The translations under genes were made by a program, and so were the position numbers. Below the pieces are notes generated by a model. It was not told the origin of the DNA. It made no database searches and saw only the letters and a program-made list of their open reading frames with translations. Shown piece by piece: positions 1 to 9,914 of a stretch of 58,025 nucleotides of DNA. This DNA is from an uncultured Bdellovibrionales bacterium (lineage in GTDB: Bacteria; Patescibacteriota; Minisyncoccia; Moranbacterales; JAKLHP01): NCBI GenBank assembly GCA_964440305.1, contig CAYTRS010000001.1, positions 1 through 58,025 of the forward strand. Reading direction: 5' to 3'. Numbering within the stretch: position 1 is the stretch's first letter; each line of letters starts with the position of its first letter.

Positions 1-161
1 TCAGCTATAAAAAACTACTGAAGCTTAGCCGAATTTCCCAGATTTACCTTAAAGCTAAGGGCTGGCAGGATAGGAATTACCGTTTTGATGCCGTTTCTGT
101 TTGGATAAGCACTGACTCAAAAAAAGCTAAAGTAAAACATATCCCCAGCATCTTTATCTAG
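1..161 (+). CDS. YraN-family (UPF0102) endonuclease-like protein, C-terminal fragment (5' end outside window)
   Basis: Frame open from window edge to TAG 159-161: ...SYKKLLKLSRISQIYLKAKGWQDRNYRFDAVSVWISTDSKKAKVKHIPSIFI*. The pattern K..L...A..YL....RFD-(V/A)-hydrophobic ... I.HI resembles the YraN C-terminus. Confidence 0.5.
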   Translation, partial: SYKKLLKLSRISQIYLKAKGWQDRNYRFDAVSVWISTDSKKAKVKHIPSIFI

Positions 162-218
162 ACAGAAAATGCCATCCTTGTTACTATATAAGCGTAATTC
201 TATCAGCTACAATAAAAT

Positions 219-575
219 ATGATTGACGAAAAAGCGAAAAAAGAGCTTAAAGGCATTTTGGAGAATCAAAAAATAAGAATGGAGAAAGAACTTAACAGGT
301 TTGCCCACCCCACCGAAAATCCTGAAAACTTTGAGACAAGATTCACGGATATTGGATCTTCTAGAGATGAAAACGCTACTGAAGTAGAGGGATATGTTGA
401 CGATTTGGCTCTAGAAAGCAATTTGGAAGGTCAGCTTAAGGAAGTTAATGATGCTTTAGAGAAAGTGGAAAAGGGGAACTATGGGATTTGTGAAAACTGT
501 GGGCAAGAAATAAGTATGGATAGGCTTAAGGCTTATCCGGCGGCTAAAGTTTGCATTAAATGCGGGAAAAAATAG
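219..575 (+). CDS. DksA/TraR-family C4 zinc-finger protein
   Basis: C-terminal CENCGQEISMDRLKAYPAAKVCIKCG (CxxC-17-CxxC with RL.A.P motif) preceded by a coiled-coil region. Confidence 0.75.
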   Translation: MIDEKAKKELKGILENQKIRMEKELNRFAHPTENPENFETRFTDIGSSRDENATEVEGYVDDLALESNLEGQLKEVNDALEKVEKGNYGICENCGQEISMDRLKAYPAAKVCIKCGKK

Positions 576-1006
576 CAAATAAGCACCTTTTCCTTTTATT
601 TTCTGTGCTGGTTGTAACAGATCAGGCAGTAAAGTTTTTAGTCCGCTTTCTTTTCAGGGAGAGCGGTTTTTATTTTTGCAATGAAAATCTTTCTTGGGGT
701 ATTTCTCTGAGTAATCTGTTTTTTTGGCCTTTATGGATCGGGGTCATCGCATTAATGTCCGTTTTTTATTTTTCAGAAAGAAAAAGAGATGTGAGCAGTC
801 CCGGATTATCCCTGGCTTTCGCACTGATCTACTCCGGGGCCTTTTCAAATATTTTGGACAGAATTTTTCTCGGATGCGTGGCTGATTTTATAAGCTTGGG
901 ATTTTTTCCAGCCTTTAATCTGGCGGATGTTTTTATAACTTTCGGCGCTTTAATGATGATTCATTCGTTCTTTACGAAGAAGAGGCAGGCATTGCTGGAA
1001 AAATAA
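560..1006 (+). CDS. lspA: Lipoprotein signal peptidase (signal peptidase II)
   Basis: 4 TM segments. Motifs NENLSWG, SNILDRIFLG and FNLADVFITFG match LspA conserved boxes. Confidence 0.8.
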   Translation: MREKIANKHLFLLFSVLVVTDQAVKFLVRFLFRESGFYFCNENLSWGISLSNLFFWPLWIGVIALMSVFYFSERKRDVSSPGLSLAFALIYSGAFSNILDRIFLGCVADFISLGFFPAFNLADVFITFGALMMIHSFFTKKRQALLEK

Positions 1007-1053
1007 CAAGAAATGTACTATTATTAAAGCAGGAAATTCAAACTTCTTGCAAT

Positions 1054-1713
1054 ATGCTTTCGGAAACAAAAATAAAATTTTTTACGCACAATCAGCTAAT
1101 CACTTTAATTGTGGCAGTAACATGCATCATTTTGTTCTTTTTCTTCCCTACCGCCAATGTTTTCCAAAATATGATCGCCATGTTTTCTTTTTTAGTTTTA
1201 ATTCCCGCTTTATGTGCTAAGATAGTATTGAAGCAGGATTTGTCAAAATGGGGATTGGCTAAAGGAAATTGGAAGCAGGGGATGAAATGGACGGGAATTT
1301 CTTTTATTGTAGCGCTTTCTTTGTTTTATCTAATTTTCTATTACACTCCGCTTTTTGAAAACTACGGAATTTCCCAAAACATTTCTTCCAGTTTTCGCTT
1401 CTTTCTGTTTTATGAAATAATCTTCATTGGGTTTTTTTTGGCAGCTTATGAGTTTTTTTTCCGCGGAGTGGTGATGCGGGGAATTTTCGGAGATTTTGGA
1501 AAGAGAAGAATTTTAATCCAATTCGTTTTGTTCTTCTTTTTTATTTTAGCGCGAAGAAATTTTAGCTGGTCAGCCGGAGAGTTTCTAATTATCAGTCCCT
1601 TTGCCGGATTAATTTCCCACAAGAGCAAGTCGCTGATTTATTCATTTTGGGCCAGCTGGCTGTTCATAATCATAGTCGACGCGGTTGCGATAGCTTCCGC
1701 TTCGGGGAAATGA
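1054..1713 (+). CDS. CPBP (CAAX/Abi-like) intramembrane protease family protein
   Basis: Polytopic membrane protein with YEFFFRGVVM (ExxxFRG motif 1) and a later LISH motif. Call is tentative. Confidence 0.5.
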   Translation: MLSETKIKFFTHNQLITLIVAVTCIILFFFFPTANVFQNMIAMFSFLVLIPALCAKIVLKQDLSKWGLAKGNWKQGMKWTGISFIVALSLFYLIFYYTPLFENYGISQNISSSFRFFLFYEIIFIGFFLAAYEFFFRGVVMRGIFGDFGKRRILIQFVLFFFFILARRNFSWSAGEFLIISPFAGLISHKSKSLIYSFWASWLFIIIVDAVAIASASGK

Positions 1714-1720
1714 TTTCTCT

Positions 1721-4462
1721 ATGAAAAAAAATAGAAATAAAATAAAAAAAATAATATTGGCAGCTTTCCTTGTTTTTGAAGTCGCTTTTTTTAATTTTGG
1801 AATAAACGGAGTCGCAGCCGACCTTGCCGATATGGATCCGGATGATGCAGCCGAAGAAGCGGCCGAAGAGCTTGAAGGGCGCTATAACATAAACTTAGAA
1901 AGCACTAGGGATATAATGCAACAGATGAATGTTACCGGGAACAAGGCTCCCGTTCCGGAAGTGATGGTGACTTTTGAACCTTCCGACCCGAAACCGGGAG
2001 AAAAAGTCACTGCTCATGCTTCACCCATGTATTTCAGCAATCCTTCTGAAGAGCTCTATTACACTTGGTATTTTAAGCCAGCAGGAAGCCCTAGTAATGA
2101 AAATTGTGACAAAAAAATAGTAGAGCTGTATAAGGTTAATGCAATGCGCATAGTTGCTAATGGAGGATTTGATTATGGGCAAGTTGATTATGATGATTTT
2201 AAGGATATACTTTCCGATGACGATGGATATATGGCAACTTTCGGGGGTCATAATAAGTATGAAGGAAGTAACGGCCATTGTTACATCCATGATTTTGAAA
2301 CGGGGGAAAATTACGAATTATTTAAATGGACGTATGATTATGTTAAAGATCCTATGGTGGGAATTTATTGCAATAATGAGGGAAAAAAAGGCGTTTGCGC
2401 AAAAAACATAGGTGAGATTGAAGAAGAGAAGTGCGAAATGTATTCAGGCAAACCTTGTGAGAAAAATCCATTTTGCATATCGGAAAGATATTTTTCAGCT
2501 CCACGTTGCCCAAGTGGCTGGGAACCTTATTGTATGGATAAATCCTTTAGGCGTGAACAAATTATTGAGGGATCTTGTGAGGATTTAAGCAGTGGTATTC
2601 CGCACAGTTTAAATGATTGGGAATTTGACTATGACGAGTTAGGATGCAATCATCTTTTTCCAAAATCCTATGGCGCTACTGGTACTGGAGACGGAAGCTT
2701 TACTCTTGAAGAAGAAGAATTTTGGCAAACTAATCCAGGAGATTCTGATACGGCAGATAATGGAAACTTGGATGAAGCTAATGTGGTGGGTTTGGGACAG
2801 AGCTCTTTTACATGGAATTATCAGGATGGAGATGAAATAGGCGTGGTGGTTGAGGGAACTTCCATGATTCCGACCAAATATGACGATAGTACCTATATGG
2901 TGATGTGGGCTTTCCCCAAGAATGAATGCAAGCCGAAAAATACAGACATTCTTCAATTAGAAGAAAGGGATGATGAAAGCTGGCAGGTTGAAATTCCTAC
3001 TGCCCGGATGGATCTCGATGAATGCTTATGCGACAACTTCATTGATCCCAAGGAAAAAAATTTTCAGAAGCTTGAAGTCACGCTTTCCTATTCTCCCGAC
3101 AATCCGATTAATGATCCCTCTGAAGGTAATTCCGGAGACACGCTCTCTGTACAATCCTCACTGGCTAGCGGAGAAGTGGATTTCTCTTCTCTCAATTATG
3201 ACTGGCAAGTTCAAATAGGAAATGGACCTGATTTTATCGGAGGATTTAAAACCATAACTGGTAAACTGATTGAGGCGGGGTTGATGGAAAGTAGTCAGGG
3301 GAACGGGCTGGATTCCCTTTCTGTTCAACTTAATTTAAACAGCACTAATATAGGAGAGAGCAATTATAAAAACTATCTTAGCGATGGAGAAGCTTACCTC
3401 AAGATAAAGCTAGAAGTGACTGATCCTATAACCGTCCGTAGCGGAAAAAGCGACGTAATTGTGAAGATCATCTCCACTGATGAAAAAATACAAGCGCATA
3501 AAGTTAAAGTAGGAGATGATGGAAAATTGTCATTTGATGATGATATTTGCACTGGCGAGGAAGAAGGAGAGGAAGGAGCTCTTGAAAGGCAAATATGTTT
3601 TGTCGCAAACAACGATATTATCGGGGTGGATTTTCCAGATGGTGATTATTCTAATTTCTCATGGACTTTAGACGGAAAACCGCTTGTCTGCGATGATTCG
3701 ATTTCTTCCGGCTGTTCAACTGCCAATTCAAATGCCAATTTCTTTCCGGTTTCCGGAGAAGCCGGAAAAACTTACACGGTTGGATTGACAGCTACTGAAG
3801 AAGGAGATGCAGATGAAGCAAAAAATACCATCCAGCTTAGCAGAATTTTCAAAATAGTTGAGCCTTACGTTGAAATTGTTTCAAATGACGAGGTTGATAA
3901 AGATTCTATCTGGCGTAGATATTTGGGAAAATACATAACCTTATCGGGAGAATCAAAGGATGATTTCAGTGAAAATGTCTTTGAGGCTTATTCTTACAGC
4001 AATATTGCTCTCAAAGCCAAATTCCATCCTTTCTGGGTGGAGGACAGCTATTCCAATATGAGTTGGTGGCTAAACGGAATAAAAGAAAAGGAGGGGGCAG
4101 AAGATCCTACGGCATTTAATTTTGAAGCTGCGGGGCTTCCCGGGGATTCTTTCAACGTTGCCTTTAATGCGTTTTATGATTATTCGGAAGAAAGGCAAAA
4201 AATCAGAAAAGCCCTGTATGACATTTGGAAAATTTCCAGCTTTGATTCCGCTTCGCAAGGAAATCTTTCTTCCGCAATTCAGATTGAGTTGGTGGAGCCG
4301 GAAAGGATTGCAAAGGCTAATCAGGCAAAGAAATGGGTGGCGGCCATCTTTTCCAATACTCCCAGCAACATATTTTTCATGATCAGGACGGTGCTGACAA
4401 TTTTTCTGGTTCTTGCCGGAAGCTTTCTTGTTTCATCATTAAGACCGGGTAATATTTTATGA
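1721..4462 (+). CDS. Large (913 aa) secreted Cys-rich protein with C-terminal membrane anchor, function unknown
   Basis: N-terminal signal/TM (ILAAFLVFEVAFF), many Cys, and repeated beta-sandwich-like segments ending in Y.W motifs. C-terminal TM (IFFMIRTVLTIFLVLAGSFLV). ATGA overlap with the next gene. Confidence 0.6.
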   Translation: MKKNRNKIKKIILAAFLVFEVAFFNFGINGVAADLADMDPDDAAEEAAEELEGRYNINLESTRDIMQQMNVTGNKAPVPEVMVTFEPSDPKPGEKVTAHASPMYFSNPSEELYYTWYFKPAGSPSNENCDKKIVELYKVNAMRIVANGGFDYGQVDYDDFKDILSDDDGYMATFGGHNKYEGSNGHCYIHDFETGENYELFKWTYDYVKDPMVGIYCNNEGKKGVCAKNIGEIEEEKCEMYSGKPCEKNPFCISERYFSAPRCPSGWEPYCMDKSFRREQIIEGSCEDLSSGIPHSLNDWEFDYDELGCNHLFPKSYGATGTGDGSFTLEEEEFWQTNPGDSDTADNGNLDEANVVGLGQSSFTWNYQDGDEIGVVVEGTSMIPTKYDDSTYMVMWAFPKNECKPKNTDILQLEERDDESWQVEIPTARMDLDECLCDNFIDPKEKNFQKLEVTLSYSPDNPINDPSEGNSGDTLSVQSSLASGEVDFSSLNYDWQVQIGNGPDFIGGFKTITGKLIEAGLMESSQGNGLDSLSVQLNLNSTNIGESNYKNYLSDGEAYLKIKLEVTDPITVRSGKSDVIVKIISTDEKIQAHKVKVGDDGKLSFDDDICTGEEEGEEGALERQICFVANNDIIGVDFPDGDYSNFSWTLDGKPLVCDDSISSGCSTANSNANFFPVSGEAGKTYTVGLTATEEGDADEAKNTIQLSRIFKIVEPYVEIVSNDEVDKDSIWRRYLGKYITLSGESKDDFSENVFEAYSYSNIALKAKFHPFWVEDSYSNMSWWLNGIKEKEGAEDPTAFNFEAAGLPGDSFNVAFNAFYDYSEERQKIRKALYDIWKISSFDSASQGNLSSAIQIELVEPERIAKANQAKKWVAAIFSNTPSNIFFMIRTVLTIFLVLAGSFLVSSLRPGNIL

Positions 4463-5451
4463 CGGGATACTACGTTAGAAAAATAAGGAAGAAGTTTTTT
4501 ATCTTTTTGGCTGTCTTTGCGGTACTCTCTTTTTTCCTGTTTGGATATTTTGAAGTTATGGCGCAAGGATATAATTATGAGCCGATGGAAAAAATTCCCG
4601 GTTTTGAATCGGATGAAGAAAAATATGACTTTCCAAGCTTCATTTTAAATTTATATAAATTCGGCATCTGGACTATCGGAATCGCAGCGCTCCTGATGAT
4701 TATCATTGGAGGATTCAATTATATTGCCAGCGTCAATATTGGAAACACTTCTAAAACCGATACTGCCAAGAAAATGATAATTGACGCCGTTTCCGGACTA
4801 ATTTTGGCGATGTTTGCCTATCTTCTGCTCTTTGTCATCAATCCGGATTTGGTGAAAATAAATTTGTCTATGTTTGAAATCGGAGAAAAAACGGGAGCGG
4901 AACTAAGAGGAGTTACAGCGCCCTCTTCGGTTGTTACGGTTACAATGCCGGCAGATTGTGAAAGCGATGAGTGGCAAAAGATATTCAATGATGCTTCCGG
5001 AGGGGACAAGATGCAAAAATGCATACTTCAGGCTACGGCAGCGAAAGAATCCAGTTGCCAGGAAAATGTCGGAAGGACCGGACCCGGTGCGGGAGATTGC
5101 AGCGTGATGCAGATAAGGGCAGAGGAACATTGCGGAACTACTTGCGAAAATTTGGAAAAAAATCCAGCAGAAGCAGTTAAATGTGCCAAGGGTTATATAA
5201 ACAATAAAATTATTGGTAGCGGAAAAGTGCGGGGAACCGAAGGAAGCGAGCAATGGGTGGAGGATGTTTACGCAGGGTATAATGGCGGACCAGGCGTTTT
5301 AAGCGCTTCGGATGATTGCGATGATTCTCATGAAAATGAATACGGCAATACTGTTGTGAAATATGATTGCCCCATTAATCAAGGCGGATATGTGTTTCTG
5401 GATCGGGTTCTTACGAAGAAATTCCTAAGCCTTTATGAACAGTGCATGTAA
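4459..5451 (+). CDS. Fusion protein: VirB2-like 'T4SS pilin' domain + SLT-type lytic transglycosylase (VirB1-like) domain
   Basis: The N-terminal half has the two-helix pilin pattern (IAALLMIIIGGFNYIASV...TAKKMIIDAVSGLILAMFAYLLLFVINP). The C-terminal half has SLT motifs KESS (catalytic E-S), VMQI and AGYNGGPG. Confidence 0.65.
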   Translation: MTGYYVRKIRKKFFIFLAVFAVLSFFLFGYFEVMAQGYNYEPMEKIPGFESDEEKYDFPSFILNLYKFGIWTIGIAALLMIIIGGFNYIASVNIGNTSKTDTAKKMIIDAVSGLILAMFAYLLLFVINPDLVKINLSMFEIGEKTGAELRGVTAPSSVVTVTMPADCESDEWQKIFNDASGGDKMQKCILQATAAKESSCQENVGRTGPGAGDCSVMQIRAEEHCGTTCENLEKNPAEAVKCAKGYINNKIIGSGKVRGTEGSEQWVEDVYAGYNGGPGVLSASDDCDDSHENEYGNTVVKYDCPINQGGYVFLDRVLTKKFLSLYEQCM

Positions 5452-5488
5452 GTGGCAAGGGAGTATTTTTTATTTTTTTACTCAAAAA

Positions 5489-6655
5489 ATGAACATAATT
5501 AAGCGAATTTTTATTATATCTTCCGTTTTGCTGGCGATGGTGCTTTTTTTTATGGGCATTTATAACCTTTCTTTTAAAAAAGAGGACAATTCTGAAAAAC
5601 AGGAGAAGTTGGGAAATGTTGCGGAGGAAATGGGAAAACCGGAAAAAGAGAACAATTTCTCGCAGAATATTTCCAAGGAAAAAATATACGCGCTGACAGA
5701 CGAAGAAGTGATTGCCCCGGTTTTTGACAAAGAATCGGACAAAGTCGTTTATTATTCCGCTTCCGATGGAAAGGTTTATTCCGTGGAATATTTTAGCGGA
5801 GAAAAAAAAATAATTTCAGGGGATTCACTGGATAGCTTGAAAGATGTTTCCTGGTCTCCAAATAGGAAAAAGGTTATTTCAAAGTTCAATGTTGACGGGA
5901 AGAACACTTTTTATTCATACGACCATGAGAAAAAAATCGGGAAAAAATTGAATGACGGAGTGGATATTGTTTCCTGGTCTAACCTCGGGGACAAGATAAT
6001 TTACAAATTTTACGACAGTGAAAAAAAAGAGCGGTCGCTCAGAACTTGCGATCCGGACGGAAGCAATGAAAACAAGCTGGCGGTTACTCCTTTTAAAATG
6101 CTTAATTTCACTCAAATACCACAGAAGACGGACATTGCTTTTTGGAATTATCCGGATGCGCTTTCAGAAACAAAACTTTCCAGAATAAGCATTGCCGGGG
6201 GAAAAGAAAGTGTTATCTTTTCCGGAAAATACGGAGCGGATTATCTTTGGTCGCCAAGCGGAGATAAAGCTTTGGTAAGTTCTCTGGAAAGCAAGGGAAG
6301 CTCAAAAATGATGCTGGGGCTGATCAATGAAAACGGCGGAGAATACCAAAACCTGGGAATACCCACTTTTGCATCCAAATGCGCATGGTCAAGGGACGGA
6401 AAAGTCGTTTATTATGCGCTTCCCGGATCGCTCTCGGAAGAAAACGTTCTTCCGAACGACTATCAGGATAAAAAAATAATAACCAAAGACACTTTCTGGA
6501 AATTAGATCTCGCTACCGGAAAAAAAGACAGGCTTATTGAACTTTCAGAAATAAAAGAAAGCTATGATGCCGATAAGATGTTCTTGTCAGCGTCGGAAGA
6601 CAGGCTATTTTTTGTAAATCGCCATGACGGAAAATTATACGCGATAAAAATCTAG
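5489..6655 (+). CDS. PD40/TolB-like beta-propeller repeat protein, membrane-anchored
   Basis: Signal anchor (IFIISSVLLAMVLFFMGIY). Repeated WSP(N/S)..K, WSNLGDKIIY, DPDGSNENKL and WSRDGKVVYY blocks typical of PD40 repeats. Start moved to the internal ATG at 5489, after the upstream stop. Confidence 0.6.
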   Translation: MNIIKRIFIISSVLLAMVLFFMGIYNLSFKKEDNSEKQEKLGNVAEEMGKPEKENNFSQNISKEKIYALTDEEVIAPVFDKESDKVVYYSASDGKVYSVEYFSGEKKIISGDSLDSLKDVSWSPNRKKVISKFNVDGKNTFYSYDHEKKIGKKLNDGVDIVSWSNLGDKIIYKFYDSEKKERSLRTCDPDGSNENKLAVTPFKMLNFTQIPQKTDIAFWNYPDALSETKLSRISIAGGKESVIFSGKYGADYLWSPSGDKALVSSLESKGSSKMMLGLINENGGEYQNLGIPTFASKCAWSRDGKVVYYALPGSLSEENVLPNDYQDKKIITKDTFWKLDLATGKKDRLIELSEIKESYDADKMFLSASEDRLFFVNRHDGKLYAIKI

Positions 6656-7867
6656 CTTTATTCCCAAGAAAACAATCGCGGAAAAAACGAGCGCCAGATC
6701 ATTTTTCCAAACAGGAGTGTCAAGCAATCCGACAATAAGAATATAGAGCATTATTCCCGCCAGGACAGCTTCCAATCCAAAAAAGCTGTTTTTTTGGCGT
6801 ATTTTTTTAAAAAGGCTTCCTAACCAAAAATAGGCTAAAAGCAGAAATCCAATCAGACCGAAAATACCGCCTTGGAGCCAAAAAGCGAGATATAAATTAT
6901 GCGGCTGGGTAACCGCCCATTCGAGATAGGGAGGAAAATATTTCTGGTAATCAAGATATTCTTTCTGAAAATTTCCCGGTCCGATGCCAAAGGCCGGATT
7001 ATCCCTGATTATTTTTGCCGATGAATTCCAGATCATTATTCTTGATCTAATTGATGAGCGGGGGCTTTCCAGCGCATTTTTGAATTTGTGGCTGTCAATT
7101 TGAGTCAAAAAAAGAGCGCAAAGAATCAAAATAAAAATCAGGCTTAATTTAAACTTGTCTTTACTCAGCTTGTTAGTTAGAAAAAAAATAAGAAAAAAGC
7201 TTAGTAAAACAGAAATCCAGCTGGAATAGGAATAAGTGAGAAATAAAGAAGCTAGAATGGCAACTAAAAATATCAATATAAAAAGGAATTTGGCAAAAAC
7301 TTCAATATCCGTAATTCCCAATTCATATTTTTCAATTTTTGATTTTATGAAATAAAAACCGATAAAAATTCCCGGGACAAGAAACATAGCCAGCTGATTG
7401 GGAGATTCATAGAAAGCGCGTAGCCTTAAGTCATAGGTCAATATTCCCGCCAAGAAATATAAGAGAGAAATTATTGCCGCAAAAGATATTGAAATATATA
7501 TCAGCTTCAAAGATTCCGAAATATCCTTTCGGCTTTTCGTCTGGCTTCCTAAGGCAAAAAGAAAAATAAGGGGGAAAATAAACCAGCTTTTTATTATTCC
7601 AAATCCCGTCCGTAAATTTCCGCTTAGCAACGCGGACTCTAAAAGCCCGATGAAAATAAGAAAAATTGAAAAAAGATACAGGCTGTTTTTTTTGGAATTA
7701 ATCTGAAAAATACCAAAGCCTTTTCTTGCAAAAGCGGTAAAAAAAGAAATCAATATCAAAAACTCCAATAAATTAAAAGGAAGCGCTCCCAAATTTATTT
7801 TTACGAGATATAGAGGAGAAAAAAGCAAGGGAGAAAGAATGATTATTTTTTCCAAGTGCCTATTCAT
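6635..7867 (-). CDS. O-antigen ligase-like (Wzy_C domain) polytopic membrane protein
   Basis: About 10 TM segments, with a periplasmic-loop motif QPHNLYLAFWLQGGIFGLIGFLLL typical of the Wzy_C/WaaL/PglL family. Confidence 0.7.
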   Translation of the reverse strand: MNRHLEKIIILSPLLFSPLYLVKINLGALPFNLLEFLILISFFTAFARKGFGIFQINSKKNSLYLFSIFLIFIGLLESALLSGNLRTGFGIIKSWFIFPLIFLFALGSQTKSRKDISESLKLIYISISFAAIISLLYFLAGILTYDLRLRAFYESPNQLAMFLVPGIFIGFYFIKSKIEKYELGITDIEVFAKFLFILIFLVAILASLFLTYSYSSWISVLLSFFLIFFLTNKLSKDKFKLSLIFILILCALFLTQIDSHKFKNALESPRSSIRSRIMIWNSSAKIIRDNPAFGIGPGNFQKEYLDYQKYFPPYLEWAVTQPHNLYLAFWLQGGIFGLIGFLLLAYFWLGSLFKKIRQKNSFFGLEAVLAGIMLYILIVGLLDTPVWKNDLALVFSAIVFLGIKLDFYRV

Positions 7868-9101
7868 TATTTTTGGCGCTTAACGAAATTAAAATCACAA
7901 AAAGCGGCAGGACATGGACGGAAAATAGCGGGGTTTCAAACAGGGAATGAGCGGAAAAAATAATCAGGCTGGCTATTCCGGCTTTCCAAAAAGGGGCTTC
8001 CATCGATTTTTTGTAATAGGAAAATAGGGAAGAGACTATAAGCAGAATAAAAAATAAAGCATTTGCAATTCCGGTTTCGGCGGCGATGTCCAGATATAAA
8101 TTGTGGGAATATATCGGCTCGCGGTAAGAAGCAGTGGGTTTTATTTCCAAAGGATAGTTTCCCAGTCCTACTCCTTCCGGATTTTCAATAATTACTTCAA
8201 CGGATTTTTTCCAAATGCCAATCCTCTCCTTATTGGAACCTTCTGATAAATCAAAGACGGAAGCGAATCTTTTTCCGGCGGGGCTTAAAAATAGCATAGT
8301 TAAGATTATTAGCGTCAAAATGGATAATTTCAGCCTATTTTTTGAGATTAGCAGATATGCCGAAAAAATTCCGGCCAGAAGCCCCACATATCCTCCGCGA
8401 GAAAAAGTGAGGAGGTCGGCAATGAGAATGACAAAAAAGATGGACAAAAACATCCCATCCTCTTTTTTATTATTTTTATCGGGAAAAAAATAAAGGGCGA
8501 ATGACCAGGGGAGAATCATTCCAAGAAAGAAAGAAAAAATATGGGGGTCCGGAAAAAACGCAATTCCCCGAAAATAAGTTTTTCCCGAAATATTAACCAG
8601 CCAGCTTGAATATTCAAAAACTTCTCGGGAAAAATTTTCTCCCAAAAAAGCGACGACAACTTCTTTCCATATCGTAATAGCATTGTCCAGTCCTACGATA
8701 AACTGAAGCAAGAATTGAAATATTGCCACTAAAGAAACAGCGCCGGCGCTTGTTACAATCCAGCGGATAATTTTTTTTCCGCTTAGCTCGGGATTGCTAC
8801 TGGAAAACACCAAATAAAGCGGGAAAAAAGAAAATAGAAAGAAGAGTTTCCTGATCGACCAATCAATATTTTGGGATGAAAGAAGAGAAAAAAGGTTCAA
8901 AAAAAGAAAAGAAAAAACAAGAATAGTCTGGATTTTATTCGGAATTTCAATCTTCTTGTTCTTGAGCGCGCTTAATATCCAAACGATGAAAATAAAGACG
9001 AAAAAAACCCTTATTGAGGCGAGATCAATTTTGGGAGCAGGGTTAAAGGCTATTTGAAAAGGAAGATAGGCGCAAAAAATTAGAGTCAGTTTATTTAGCA
9101 T
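7860..9101 (-). CDS. O-antigen ligase-like (Wzy_C domain) polytopic membrane protein (paralog)
   Basis: FSRGGYVGL and SHNLYLDIAAETGI motifs. Polytopic. 8-nt overlap with the downstream paralog. Confidence 0.7.
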   Translation of the reverse strand: MLNKLTLIFCAYLPFQIAFNPAPKIDLASIRVFFVFIFIVWILSALKNKKIEIPNKIQTILVFSFLFLNLFSLLSSQNIDWSIRKLFFLFSFFPLYLVFSSSNPELSGKKIIRWIVTSAGAVSLVAIFQFLLQFIVGLDNAITIWKEVVVAFLGENFSREVFEYSSWLVNISGKTYFRGIAFFPDPHIFSFFLGMILPWSFALYFFPDKNNKKEDGMFLSIFFVILIADLLTFSRGGYVGLLAGIFSAYLLISKNRLKLSILTLIILTMLFLSPAGKRFASVFDLSEGSNKERIGIWKKSVEVIIENPEGVGLGNYPLEIKPTASYREPIYSHNLYLDIAAETGIANALFFILLIVSSLFSYYKKSMEAPFWKAGIASLIIFSAHSLFETPLFSVHVLPLFVILISLSAKNNE

Positions 9102-9122
9102 TTTATTTATTATTCCTCCTCC

Positions 9123-9914
9123 TCAAGTAAAAATTTTTCTTAAAAGTCTTGTGATAAAAGCAGTTTTCCTGCCGAAATGTTTTTTGAAATAGTAATCCTG
9201 GGAGTTGTAAAAATATTTTTTTTGAAGTCCGTCTGCGCTCTTGGGAAAGCTTTTTCCTCCAAAGTGCCTTATTTCCACAGCCGGGAAATAAATTACTTCG
9301 GAGCCTATCTTTTTTGCCCTCCGGCAAAGGTCAATATCTTCATAATACATAAAGAAGTTTTCGTCAAATCCTCCCAATTTTTGGAACAATTCCCTCCGGA
9401 TGAACAGGGCTGCACCACTCACCCAATCGCACGGAATTTTTTCCTTGCTTTCCCATATTTTTTTGCTTCTCTGAAACCCTATATTGTTTCCGATTAAATC
9501 CCATAAAGTCACATCTTTTCCGGCTGACCACCGTTGGGCTTGATTTTTCTCGCTGATTATTTTCGGACCGATAATTCCAATCGTTCCATTTTTTTCAAAC
9601 TCATTTATTATAACGCTTATATTTTCTGAAACGAGAAGAGTATCCGGGTTAAGAAAACAGAAGTATTTTCCCACTGCCTCTCCCGATCCTATATTGACGC
9701 TTCTTCCAAAGCCCGCATTCTTATTAATATTGACGATTTTGATTTCCAAACTGCCAAAATCGCCAATATTCAAATTATCTTCGTCTTCATTTGCTATGAC
9801 AATTTCAAAGGAAAATCCCTTAACGTTACCTCTTAAAGATTGAAGGCATTTCTCGAGATAATTCCTGCTTCGGTAGTTTGCGATTATGAAAGACAGCTGT
9901 TTTTCTTTTCCCAT
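9123..9914 (-). CDS. Glycosyltransferase family 2
   Basis: SFIIANYRS...LNPD...GAALFIRRELFQKLGGFDENFFMYYEDIDLCRR, the classical GT2 (GT-A, DxD/ED) pattern. Confidence 0.8.
   Translation of the reverse strand: MGKEKQLSFIIANYRSRNYLEKCLQSLRGNVKGFSFEIVIANEDEDNLNIGDFGSLEIKIVNINKNAGFGRSVNIGSGEAVGKYFCFLNPDTLLVSENISVIINEFEKNGTIGIIGPKIISEKNQAQRWSAGKDVTLWDLIGNNIGFQRSKKIWESKEKIPCDWVSGAALFIRRELFQKLGGFDENFFMYYEDIDLCRRAKKIGSEVIYFPAVEIRHFGGKSFPKSADGLQKKYFYNSQDYYFKKHFGRKTAFITRLLRKIFT

Noticed and set aside
9103-9327. The short basic ORF 9103-9327 (74 aa, minus strand), and other 60-100-aa ORFs overlapping the GT2 and O-antigen-ligase genes.
   Set aside because: They are out-of-frame overlaps with well-supported genes, and their compositions (Arg/Lys/Phe runs) derive from AT-rich antisense or offset frames.
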